From an uncultured Verrucomicrobiae bacterium (GTDB taxonomy: Bacteria; Verrucomicrobiota; Verrucomicrobiia; Chthoniobacterales; UBA10450), in contig CAWDGJ010000003.1 in assembly GCA_963801815.1 (NCBI GenBank), positions 288,001 to 352,000 on the forward strand: a DNA stretch of 64,000 nt, given 5' to 3'. A program made the position numbers and the translations under genes. A model generated the notes under the pieces. The model worked only from the letters and a program-made list of their open reading frames with translations. It ran no database searches and was not told the DNA's origin. Below are positions 36,492 through 45,071 of this stretch, one piece after another. Position 1 is the first letter of the stretch; every line of letters begins with the position of its first letter.

Positions 36492-37970
36492 ATGGCCAAT
36501 CATAAGCATATGACGTCGCCGCCCAATATGACCGGGATGCCGCCCGGCGTCCCGTACATCATCGGCAACGAAGCGGCCGAGCGTTTCTCTTATTATGGGA
36601 TGAAGTCGGTCCTGACCGTCTTCATGGCGCATTACATCCTGAATCAGTCGGGCGTGCTGGCGCCGATGGTGGAAAACGAAGCCTACATGTACACGCACTA
36701 CTTCGTTTTCGGCGTGTATTTCCTCCCAATCCTCGGCGCAATCCTAGCTGACGGCTGGATCGGCAAATATTGGACGATCCTATCGCTGTCGATCGTTTAC
36801 TGCTTCGGGAACCTCACTCTCGCGTGCATGGCCACATCGTGGGGAATTGGAATCGGTCAGCGGACGATGCTCGCGGTCGGATTGTTCCTGATCTGTTTGG
36901 GGGCAGGCGGAATCAAACCGTGCGTGTCGGCCAACGTCGGCGACCAGTTTGGCGAGACGAACAAACATTTGCTCTCGAAAATGTTTGGCTGGTTCTATTT
37001 CTCGATCAATGCCGGTTCGTTTATTTCTTCCATTTGGTGTCCAAAGCTTCTGGCGAATTCGAGTTACGGCCCCGCATGGGCGTTTGGAATTCCCGGCGTT
37101 GCGATGTTGATTGCTACTTTGTTCTTCTGGGGCGGCCGCAAGAAAATGGTGCACGTGCCGCCGGCCGGCCTCGGTTATCTGAAAGAAACATTCAGTAAGG
37201 AAGGTCTGATCACCCTTGGCCGAATCGCGATGGTTTACTTTTTCATTTTATTTTTCTGGGGGCTCTGGGGCATGAGCAATGGCGCCGAGTGGACCTTGCA
37301 AGCCGAGAAAATGGATCTCCACGTTTCCTGGTTGCCTTGGATCGACCTTGTTTTTTCGCCATTTCATATTTCCGCAGGCTGGGGGCTCGATTTACTCGCT
37401 GCGCAGGTGCAAACCGCAAATCCAATCTTGATTCTGATTTTTATTCCGCTGGTCAATTACGTTATTTATCCGTTGATCAACGCTGTCTTCCCGCTCACGC
37501 CGCTGCGCAAAATCGGTATTGGGCTTTTCATTACCGCCCTCTCCTTCGTCATGATCGTTGTGATCCAGGGGTGGGTCGATGCGGGTATGAAGCCAACAAT
37601 CAATTGGCAATTCTTCGCCTATGCCGTCCTTACACTTGGAGAAGCGATGGTTTCGATTACCGGTCTTGAGTTCTCATATACTCAAGCACCGAATTCGATG
37701 AAGAGCTCGGTCATGGCATTGTGGCTACTCACGGTTGCCTCGGGCGAACTCTTCGTCGGCCTCGTCAACAAATGGATTTTGGGGCAAGGCGAAGGGCACA
37801 AGCTCAACGACTATCAGTACTTCACGTTTTTCACATGGCTGATGTTCGGAGCTGCCGTCGTTTTCGTCATCGTCGCCTGTTTCTACAAGGGACGGACCTA
37901 CCTGCAATCCCAGCTGACGCTTGATGAAATTGCCACCGAGCCGATTCTTCACGGTGGCACACCGAGCTAA
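36492..37970 (+). CDS. POT/PTR family proton-dependent oligopeptide transporter
   Basis: EAAERFSYYGM (ExxERF), GGIKPCVSANVGDQF, FYFSINAGS, GLEFSYTQAP. Confidence 0.95.
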   Translation: MANHKHMTSPPNMTGMPPGVPYIIGNEAAERFSYYGMKSVLTVFMAHYILNQSGVLAPMVENEAYMYTHYFVFGVYFLPILGAILADGWIGKYWTILSLSIVYCFGNLTLACMATSWGIGIGQRTMLAVGLFLICLGAGGIKPCVSANVGDQFGETNKHLLSKMFGWFYFSINAGSFISSIWCPKLLANSSYGPAWAFGIPGVAMLIATLFFWGGRKKMVHVPPAGLGYLKETFSKEGLITLGRIAMVYFFILFFWGLWGMSNGAEWTLQAEKMDLHVSWLPWIDLVFSPFHISAGWGLDLLAAQVQTANPILILIFIPLVNYVIYPLINAVFPLTPLRKIGIGLFITALSFVMIVVIQGWVDAGMKPTINWQFFAYAVLTLGEAMVSITGLEFSYTQAPNSMKSSVMALWLLTVASGELFVGLVNKWILGQGEGHKLNDYQYFTFFTWLMFGAAVVFVIVACFYKGRTYLQSQLTLDEIATEPILHGGTPS

Positions 37971-37976
37971 TTCCGA

Positions 37977-39707
37977 ATGAAAACCGTTATTATCACCGCA
38001 TGCGTACTGTCGTTGTCGATCTTCGGGGCTTTCGCAAACCCGCAAGACGGTCAGTTCGAGAAAATCGCGAAGGATTATTGTGAAAATTATCTCGCGTCAC
38101 ATCCTGAGGCCGCGACCGAGCTCGGGGACCATCGCTTCGACGGCGTGCTAAGCGATTACTCGCTGGAGACCCGCAGCCGCATGCTTGCCAGCGCCAAGCA
38201 GTTTCGAGAAGCGCTCAAGAAGTTTGACGATTACAAACAATTGACCGGCGCCAACCAGGTCGACGTCCGAATTCTGCGCGACAATGTGGATCGCGAGATC
38301 TTTTCGTTGGAAGAGTTGCGCGAAGCGGAGTGGAATCCACTCGTTTACAACCAAAGTCTGGCCAACAGCCTGTATCTGCTAGTGGCGCGGGATTTCGATT
38401 CCGCCGAAACGCGCATTCCAAATTTGCGCCAACGAATGGAAGGAATTCCGAATGTGATCAAGGAGGCGGAAGCGAACCTGCAGCATCCGCCGCGAATTCA
38501 CACTGAGACTGCGATCGAACAGGTCCAAGGCGCGATCAATCTGGTGCGCAATGGTCTCGACCCGTTGCTCAATCAAGCCCCACAACTAAAGAAAGACATC
38601 GAGCCGATTCAGGAAAAGACCGCCCAAGCCCTGGAAGGCTACAAAAAGTGGTTGCAGCAGGATCTGCTCAAACGCTCGGATGGCGATTTCCGCATCGGGG
38701 CCGACAAGTTCCGTAAGAAACTGCATTTCGCGCTCGCATCCGACTTGTCGATGGAGGAAGTGATGAAGCGGGCTCAGACCGAACTGGCGCAGAAACAAAA
38801 CGAGATCTATGAAACGGCGTTGCCGCTTTACAAAAAATATTTTCCAAAAGCGGACGCGAAAACCCTGGCTGACAAAAAGAAAGTTACGGCTGCCGTGTTG
38901 AACAAGCTGGCCGAGCAACATCAGGATGACAACACGGTGGTTGGCTACGCGCAAAAAGTCGTAAACGAAGCGACTCAGTTTGTGAAGGAGCATAGCCTGG
39001 TGACAGTGCCAAACGTGCCTCTCGATGTGGTCGCCATGCCGGAATTCAAGCGTGGCGTTGCCATTGCCTATTGCGATTCGCCTGGACCGCTGGAAAAAAA
39101 TGGAAAAACCTTTTTCGCGATTTCCCCGACACCGAAAGACTGGTCGAAAGAGAAGAAGGACTCGTTCTTTCGCGAGAACAACAACTACTTCCTGCGGGAC
39201 CTGACGGTGCACGAAGCTATGCCCGGTCACTATTTGCAACTGGCGCACTCCAACGAATTCAAGGCACCGACACTCGTCCGCGCGATTTTCGACAGCGGTA
39301 CTTTCGTAGAGGGATGGGCGGTTTACACCGAGCAGATGATGGCGGAGCAAGGTTACGGTGGACCGGAAGTCAAAATGCAGCAGCTGAAAATGCGATTGCG
39401 CGCCATTGCCAACGCCATTCTCGACCAAAGTATCCACGCCGGGAAGATGACCGAGCAGCAGGCGATGGGCTTGATGACGAAGGAAACTTTCCAGGAACAA
39501 GGCGAGGCGACGCTGAAATGGAAACGCGCGCGTCTCACCTCCGCGCAGCTCTCCACTTATTTTGTCGGAGTGAGCGAACATCTCGATCTCCGCGAAGCGG
39601 CCAAGCAGAAATGGGGCAAGGATTTCGACCTGAAGAGGTATAATGATCAGGTAATTTCCTACGGCAGCCCGCCGGTGAAATACGTCCGCGAGCTAATGGG
39701 ACTATAA
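37977..39707 (+). CDS. DUF885 family exported protein (HExxPGH putative metallopeptidase)
   Basis: Signal peptide, PEAATELGDH, HEAMPGHYLQ, FVEGWAVYTE, STYFVG. Confidence 0.9.
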   Translation: MKTVIITACVLSLSIFGAFANPQDGQFEKIAKDYCENYLASHPEAATELGDHRFDGVLSDYSLETRSRMLASAKQFREALKKFDDYKQLTGANQVDVRILRDNVDREIFSLEELREAEWNPLVYNQSLANSLYLLVARDFDSAETRIPNLRQRMEGIPNVIKEAEANLQHPPRIHTETAIEQVQGAINLVRNGLDPLLNQAPQLKKDIEPIQEKTAQALEGYKKWLQQDLLKRSDGDFRIGADKFRKKLHFALASDLSMEEVMKRAQTELAQKQNEIYETALPLYKKYFPKADAKTLADKKKVTAAVLNKLAEQHQDDNTVVGYAQKVVNEATQFVKEHSLVTVPNVPLDVVAMPEFKRGVAIAYCDSPGPLEKNGKTFFAISPTPKDWSKEKKDSFFRENNNYFLRDLTVHEAMPGHYLQLAHSNEFKAPTLVRAIFDSGTFVEGWAVYTEQMMAEQGYGGPEVKMQQLKMRLRAIANAILDQSIHAGKMTEQQAMGLMTKETFQEQGEATLKWKRARLTSAQLSTYFVGVSEHLDLREAAKQKWGKDFDLKRYNDQVISYGSPPVKYVRELMGL

Positions 39708-39722
39708 CTACGAATTTAATTG

Positions 39723-39894
39723 CGAAATTCGAATGTCGAATATCGAAACAAGCCCAAATGACGAAAGTCTAAATTCAAAGTTTCCTGGAGTGTTTGTTTT
39801 GAGCTTCAAAGTTTTGGAAATTGTTTCGGATTTCGAGTTTCGGGTTTCGGACTTCCGATTTCCTCGGTCATTCGTCATTTATTAATCGGTCATT
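39723..39894. repeat. Long inverted heptamer-array element, CGAAATT family, plus a short GTCATTC array
   Basis: CGAAATT CGAATGT CGAATAT CGAAACA...TTCAAA - spacer - TTTTGAG...TTGTTTCG GATTTCG AGTTTCG GGTTTCG GACTT, then GTCATTC GTCATTT..GTCATT. Related to 49655-49796. Confidence 0.9.
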
Positions 39895-39900
39895 CCGATC

Positions 39901-40533
39901 ATGCCTAAGCTGGCCACCTGGTTGCGCGAGAAAGATGAAAAATGGTTTGCGCCGTTTTTCGCCAGGCACGTCCAGATCGAAATTTGTGATGTTCGCAAAC
40001 TCGAAGTTTCAATGGCGGATGTCGACGGACTTCTTTTGACCGGCGGCTCCGATATCGCGCCGGAATTTCTACGGCAACCGATTCCCGATCCATCCGTTCT
40101 CGAACAGGATGTCGATCCTGTGCGCGACCGCTGGGAATTCGCGGCTGTTGATCAAGCGCTCGCACGCGGTTTGCCTGTCCTCGCCATTTGCAAAGGCATG
40201 CAACTTTTCAATGTCGCGCTTGGCGGCACACTGAAGCTCGACATTCCGGGTCACAAAGCGCCAGAGCAAAAGGACAACGACGTTCAACATTTGCGGTCGG
40301 ACACAAAAGCAGTGCATCGATTCGACAAAGTGAACAGCTCTCATCACCAGGCAGTCGATTCGTTAGGCGAGGGCCTGACAGTTGAGTCGTGGTGCGCAAA
40401 TGACGACATGATCGAGCAAATCCGTCTCCTTGATTATCCGTTCGCGGTCGGCGTTCAATATCACCCCGAGCGTGGCAGGATTTACGATTCACTATTCGAA
40501 GATTTCTTCTCGCGATTGCTGGACAACCGATAA
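39901..40533 (+). CDS. Peptidase C26 / gamma-glutamyl-GABA hydrolase-like glutamine amidotransferase
   Basis: DGLLLTGGSDI, LAICKGMQLFNVALGG, VNSSHHQAV, GVQYHPE. Confidence 0.92.
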   Translation: MPKLATWLREKDEKWFAPFFARHVQIEICDVRKLEVSMADVDGLLLTGGSDIAPEFLRQPIPDPSVLEQDVDPVRDRWEFAAVDQALARGLPVLAICKGMQLFNVALGGTLKLDIPGHKAPEQKDNDVQHLRSDTKAVHRFDKVNSSHHQAVDSLGEGLTVESWCANDDMIEQIRLLDYPFAVGVQYHPERGRIYDSLFEDFFSRLLDNR

Positions 40534-40558
40534 ATCATTTAGTCGCTAAATCGCTAGC
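40531..40558. repeat. Single-arm octamer array, TAAATCRC (reverse of GATTTAGY family)
   Basis: TAAATCAT TTAGTCGC TAAATCGC TAG; the first TAA is the stop of the upstream gene. Confidence 0.6.
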
Positions 40559-40582
40559 TTTTCGTGTCCGCGCCGCAAAACA

Positions 40583-41860
40583 CTATCGCGATCGCGCGCT
40601 GACCCTGCTCTTCAACTCCACCGCTCTCCGGAGCGCGTTCGAGAAACTGTTCGGCTCCAACGCAGATGATTCTTGGTGTTGATACGCAATCGGCGGCTTG
40701 CTCAGATCGGTGATCTCAAATTCCGCCGGCACATCGCCCATTACTTTTCGGAAGAACCTCGTTTGCGTTTCTGAAAACGGAAAGCACCGCCAGAGAGCGT
40801 AAGAATTGAGCCCGTTGTTCAGGGCCGTGCGCGAAACCGTCGAAGAAACAGAGTAGACCGCTTCGATTGCCGCGAAGTGTCGCAGGAAATACAGGTCGGC
40901 AACTTCACGATCGTCTTCGACGCGAAGACCGTTGAGGTTGAGTTGGCTCGCTTCGCCTTTTTCGAATGGATGCGGCCGGTAAACCAGATCGCGACCCGGG
41001 TAATTCCGGCGAAGAAAATCGAGACAACGATCCAGGTGCTCGATGTAAACCTCGGGCTGGAGGTTTTGAACGAGAAGAAATGGCGTGCCGAAAAAAATCA
41101 CCCGTGGTTGCCTCCCCGCCGTAGCCATGGCGGAGACGGATCGATCCTGCGCGTTATCAAACTTCCCTGAGAAATCGTGCAACTCAGCGATGCTGGGAAA
41201 ACGTGAAGGAATAATCTGGTGTTCGGCGCGAGCGGGCAGTTCACCGCCGCTGTTGCTCATGAAAACGATCACGTCAAAAACTTCCTCCGGATCCTTTTGC
41301 AAACGCCGGAGACGCACGCCGTCCCCGCCGGGATTGATCCGCGGCTTGTAATGAATCGTTCGCTCGACCCCTGCCATTGGCTCGACGAAACGGTTCTGCA
41401 ACCAGCCTGAAGTCGTGAATCGGTAGCGCGCGCGATCGCCAGTGCGTGTGAGTTCACCGTAAGCCTTTTGCGAAACGGTGAGAATTTTATAGACGTCCGG
41501 GTGCGCCGAAAGTGCGGCATTGCCCAACCCCAACAGGCCGGCAAGACAAAGGAGGATGTCGTTTTCGGGGTCGATCGGCAGCGCGCCGACACCCCGTTGT
41601 CGATTCACGTTCGCGCGATAAAGCCGAGATAGATCCTTCAATCCGCGACAGGTTTTCACTTTTGGAAACGCGTGCACGTCGGCGAACCCGCCGACGAACT
41701 CTCGCCACTTGGCGTTTTCCCACCACTTTGATTCCTCGCGTAACAGATGGATTCCGCCCGGAAATCTCGGGCCCAGCGCGTCAGCGGCCACCAGCGCATT
41801 GGGCAACCGGTCCGGCCGCGAAATCACAATCCACAGTTTCGAGTTGGCAGCCATCGTCAC
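40583..41860 (-). CDS. Putative sialyltransferase-like (CMP-nonulosonate/Kdo-type) GT-B glycosyltransferase
   Basis: LVYRPHPFE (HP motif) and VYSVSSTVS (SS motif) in the C-terminal domain, as in bacterial GT38/GT52/GT80 enzymes; GTGA overlap with queE. Confidence 0.6.
   Translation of the reverse strand: MTMAANSKLWIVISRPDRLPNALVAADALGPRFPGGIHLLREESKWWENAKWREFVGGFADVHAFPKVKTCRGLKDLSRLYRANVNRQRGVGALPIDPENDILLCLAGLLGLGNAALSAHPDVYKILTVSQKAYGELTRTGDRARYRFTTSGWLQNRFVEPMAGVERTIHYKPRINPGGDGVRLRRLQKDPEEVFDVIVFMSNSGGELPARAEHQIIPSRFPSIAELHDFSGKFDNAQDRSVSAMATAGRQPRVIFFGTPFLLVQNLQPEVYIEHLDRCLDFLRRNYPGRDLVYRPHPFEKGEASQLNLNGLRVEDDREVADLYFLRHFAAIEAVYSVSSTVSRTALNNGLNSYALWRCFPFSETQTRFFRKVMGDVPAEFEITDLSKPPIAYQHQESSALEPNSFSNALRRAVELKSRVSARSR
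41111..41140. repeat. In-frame copy of the 30-bp palindromic element
   Basis: CCTCCCCGCCGTAGCCATGGCGGAGACGGA, 26/30 to 30197-30226; translated as SVSAMATAGR. Confidence 0.75.
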
Positions 41861-42516
41861 ACTCCGCGCTGAGTCGGCGTCCAGATAAACTTATGCATCT
41901 GAAGTTGGAATCGGACGTTGAGCTTGTCGGCCATGATCCATTCCACGATGTGTCGGGGATCGATCCGACCGAAGATCGGCGAGAACAAGACCGCGTGGCA
42001 ACGTTTCGTTAAATCGAACTTTTCAACTTTATCGCGCGACCATTCGTAATCTTCGCGCGAACCTATGACGAACTTTACTTCGTCGCGCTTGCTCAGGTGA
42101 TCGACGTTCGACCAAAGGTTTTTTTCAACTTCGCCGCTGCCCGGCGTCTTCAAATCCATGATCCGATGCACGCGGGAATCCACTTTCGAAATCTTGTGTG
42201 CGCCACTGGTCTCGAGCAATACGGTATGGCCCGCGTCGCACAACATCGACATCAAAGGCAGAACATTTTTTTGCAGCAATGGCTCGCCGCCAGTGATCTC
42301 GACAAGCGGGCATTTAAAACTCGAGACGCAAGTAAGGATATCCTTGAGCGAAGCCTTCTTTCCTTCGTAAAAGGCGTACTCGGTGTCGCAGTAGTTGCAG
42401 CGGAGATCACAGAATGTCAGTCGAACAAAGACACAACGCTCACCGGCCCAGGTGCTTTCACCCTGGATAGATTCGTAAATCTCGTTGATGGTCAGCGTTT
42501 TCTCTGCTTCTGCCAT
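41857..42516 (-). CDS. queE: 7-carboxy-7-deazaguanine synthase (radical SAM)
   Basis: EIYESIQGE, FVRLTFCDLRCNYCDT, ITGGEPLLQ, ETSG, QLQMHK. Confidence 0.93.
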   Translation of the reverse strand: MAEAEKTLTINEIYESIQGESTWAGERCVFVRLTFCDLRCNYCDTEYAFYEGKKASLKDILTCVSSFKCPLVEITGGEPLLQKNVLPLMSMLCDAGHTVLLETSGAHKISKVDSRVHRIMDLKTPGSGEVEKNLWSNVDHLSKRDEVKFVIGSREDYEWSRDKVEKFDLTKRCHAVLFSPIFGRIDPRHIVEWIMADKLNVRFQLQMHKFIWTPTQRGV

Positions 42517-42555
42517 TGGGCGTTGGACGTTCGGCATTGGACGTTGGACGTTGGA
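42514..42555. repeat. Single-arm heptamer array, TTGGACG family
   Basis: CA TTGGGCG TTGGACG TTCGGCA TTGGACG TTGGACG TTGGA; fills the queE/trpA divergent gap. Confidence 0.9.
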
Positions 42556-42564
42556 AACCTAACC

Positions 42565-43383
42565 GTGAAAAACAGGATCGACAATTGCTTCGCTGAGCTT
42601 CGGGCGGCAAAACGCAAAGGCTTTATTCCCTACATTTGTGCCGGCGATCCAAACTTGAAGCGAACGGTGGACCTTGGGCTCGCTTTGGAAAAGGCCGGTG
42701 CCGATTTGCTGGAGCTGGGTCTGCCGTTCTCAGATCCGCTCGCGGACGGGGTCGTGAATCAGCTCGCCGCGCTGCGGGCGCTCAAAGCGGGCACGACTAT
42801 TCGTGGCGTCTTCGATTGCATTCGTGAAATCCGGCTCAAATCGGAGATCCCAATCGTGCTTTACACTTACTTGAATCCGATTTTTCAGTTCGGCGTCGCT
42901 GAATTTCATCGCGAGGCGGAAAAGACCGGCGTTGATGGACTGTTAATTCTCGATCTTCCGCCAGAAGAGGACGCCTTTGAACTCGACCGATCGCATCGGT
43001 CAAGTTTGGGCGAGCTCGCTCACATTCGACTAATCGCGCCGACAACTCCGTCGGACCGAATCAAGAAAATCGCGAAGAAGGCGAAAGGTTTCATTTATTA
43101 TGTCTCGCGCGAAGGTGTCACCGGTGCGCGTGACTCGATTGCGAGTTCTCTAAAGGAAAAAATCACTGACCTGCGAAAGCATTCGAAGCTTCCGATTGCC
43201 GTTGGTTTTGGAATTTCAAATCCGGAGCAAGCTCGCGAAGTTGCTCGGCATGCGGATGCCGTTGTAGTCGGCAGCGCAATTGTTGACCTGACCGCAAGAC
43301 ATGGGGATACCGTTGAGACCATCGAGAAGGTTGGCGCATTTGCTGGCGAGATTGCGAGGGCAATTCACTCGGTAAATCATTAA
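42565..43383 (+). CDS. trpA: Tryptophan synthase alpha chain
   Basis: IPYICAGDP, ELGLPFSDPLADG, YLNP, DLPPEE, LIAPTT, YYVSREGVTG, VGFGIS, VVGSAIV; GTG start at 42565. Confidence 0.97.
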   Translation: MKNRIDNCFAELRAAKRKGFIPYICAGDPNLKRTVDLGLALEKAGADLLELGLPFSDPLADGVVNQLAALRALKAGTTIRGVFDCIREIRLKSEIPIVLYTYLNPIFQFGVAEFHREAEKTGVDGLLILDLPPEEDAFELDRSHRSSLGELAHIRLIAPTTPSDRIKKIAKKAKGFIYYVSREGVTGARDSIASSLKEKITDLRKHSKLPIAVGFGISNPEQAREVARHADAVVVGSAIVDLTARHGDTVETIEKVGAFAGEIARAIHSVNH

Positions 43384-43405
43384 ATCAATCACTGAACCGT
43401 TAACT
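43373..43405. repeat. Degenerate single-arm octamer array, TAAATCAY
   Basis: TAAATCAT TAAATCAA TCAC TGAACCGT TAACT; supplies the last codons and stop of trpA. Confidence 0.5.
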
Positions 43406-43409
43406 GGAT

Positions 43410-44153
43410 TCAGATTCCGCACTTCTGTCGCGCTTCGGTGAAGTTGGATTTCTTACGGAGAAGCGACCCCAGATAGCTGTCGGTTGCGGGCGCGTTATTG
43501 ATTCGCACCAGGTTTGCCGGCGTTTCCAGTCGCGAAAAAATCGCGTTCGCTATTTTCGCTCGCGGCACTTCTTTCTCGCCGTAACCCATTCCGATATTGC
43601 TCGACCAGAATCGAACGTACTCGCCGTCGGGACGTTGGGCCGTGCCAAGAAAAATCACTGAATGGCCGCTTTCGCGCTGTCCGACATTGTTGTTCCAAAA
43701 AATCTTCATGAAATCACCGGGCTGGGCTTGCGCGAAATCGGTGAAGTTGTGACCGAGTCCAAGTTCGTAAAACAAACGCGCCGTGCCCGGACCGTTTGCA
43801 TTCCAGCGTCCCCACACGCCTTCACCATCATGCTGATCGCGAATGATCAATTGATTCAATGTGGCGAAATCGAGTTGGAGCTGGCCACGGTCGCGCAGTT
43901 CCTCGATAGCTTTAATGAAAACCAAATAGGTCGCGCCAGAGCAGAAACTCACGTAAGGCTTCGTCGGAATGACAAAAAATTTTCCCGATTCGAAATGCGC
44001 CGCAGACTGCAACTTTATTTTTGCGAAGTGCGAGACGGAGTATTTTCCGCCACTCGGCATTTTATTTACCAGATCGAGAATGAGCGAGTTGTAGTCTCCA
44101 GCGCTTGCCGATGCAGCGACGCAGATAGAGAGAAGCGTAATCAGCTTGCGCAT
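43410..44153 (-). CDS. Secreted hypothetical protein, possible NlpC/P60-like papain-fold hydrolase
   Basis: Signal peptide MRKLITLLSICVAASASA; FCSGA...AQPGDF...GHSVIFLG in NlpC/P60 motif order. Confidence 0.6.
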   Translation of the reverse strand: MRKLITLLSICVAASASAGDYNSLILDLVNKMPSGGKYSVSHFAKIKLQSAAHFESGKFFVIPTKPYVSFCSGATYLVFIKAIEELRDRGQLQLDFATLNQLIIRDQHDGEGVWGRWNANGPGTARLFYELGLGHNFTDFAQAQPGDFMKIFWNNNVGQRESGHSVIFLGTAQRPDGEYVRFWSSNIGMGYGEKEVPRAKIANAIFSRLETPANLVRINNAPATDSYLGSLLRKKSNFTEARQKCGI

Positions 44154-44200
44154 AGCGGGGGAATAAACGGCAAATTTCAATTTAGGCAACGCCGCTTAGG

Positions 44201-44236
44201 TTGCGGCTGTGCGCAGCCACCGCTACAATTCCAAGA
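44201..44236 (+). promoter_or_regulatory. Sigma70-type promoter with leaderless geometry for dapF
   Basis: TTGCGG-17 nt-TACAAT-6 nt-ATG. Confidence 0.65.
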
Positions 44237-45039
44237 TGTTGCGTTTCACCAAGATGAACGGCGCGGGCAACGACTTCGTCATGATCGACAATCGCGCTGG
44301 CGATGTGCGGCTCGAGCCCAATCAAATCGTCCGTATTTGCGATCGGCATCGCGGTGTTGGCGCGGACGGGATCTTGTTGCTCGAGAAAGGTTTAAATGGC
44401 GCTGATTTTAAGATGCGTTATTACAATCGCGACGGCGGCGAAGCGGAAATGTGTGGCAACGGCGCGCGCTGTTTCGCACGATTTGCTCACAGGATTGCCA
44501 CGACACCAGCGAAAATTTCATTTCAAACGCCGGCTGGACTGATTCGTGGCGAACTGCGCGGCGAATTGGTGACGCTGCAAATGAGCGAACCGAAAGATTT
44601 ACAGCGTGAAATCGATTTGGTTGCTAACGGACATAAGGAGCACGTGCATTTCATCAATAGTGGCGTTCCACATGTCGTCGTCCCCGTTTCCAAGGTGGAC
44701 GATGTCGATGTTCGGAAACGCGGCGAGGCACTTCGGCGTCATGAAAAGTTTTCCCCGGCGGGTGCGAATGTGAATTTCATTGAAAAACGGGGTCCAAAAA
44801 AGATTTTGGTGCGAACGTACGAGCGCGGAGTCGAAGACGAAACGCTTGCGTGTGGAACCGGCGTAGTCGCCAGCGCGCTGATTTTTGGCGCGACCGAAAG
44901 CGTTGATGGACCAATCAGCGTCACGGTTCGCAGCGGCAGTGAATTGAGCGTCGATTTTAAGAGAGCAGGGGACCGGTTCACTAACGTGACGCTCACCGGT
45001 CCAGCCGAATTCGCGTTCGAAGGAACGATTGATCTCTAA
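44236..45039 (+). CDS. dapF: Diaminopimelate epimerase
   Basis: FTKMNGAGNDF, EAEMCGNGARC, GVPH, GANVNF, ERGVEDETLACGTG. Confidence 0.97.
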   Translation: MLRFTKMNGAGNDFVMIDNRAGDVRLEPNQIVRICDRHRGVGADGILLLEKGLNGADFKMRYYNRDGGEAEMCGNGARCFARFAHRIATTPAKISFQTPAGLIRGELRGELVTLQMSEPKDLQREIDLVANGHKEHVHFINSGVPHVVVPVSKVDDVDVRKRGEALRRHEKFSPAGANVNFIEKRGPKKILVRTYERGVEDETLACGTGVVASALIFGATESVDGPISVTVRSGSELSVDFKRAGDRFTNVTLTGPAEFAFEGTIDL

Positions 45040-45043
45040 TCAA

Positions 45044-45071
45044 TTCAACGTTGTAACTTTTTAACGATCTT
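45044..45071. repeat. Short octamer-period array (TTTAACGA-like)
   Basis: TTCAACGT TGTAACTT TTTAACGA between dapF and dapA. Confidence 0.45.

Noticed and set aside
41857..42516. queE as a marker of a 7-deazaguanine DNA modification (dpd) island
   Set aside because: No dpdA/tgt-like, queC or queD genes nearby, and the context is housekeeping.
42097..42564. N-terminal extension of TrpA (428-aa ORF)
   Set aside because: It is the antisense of queE plus the heptamer array; TrpA homology starts at GTG 42565.
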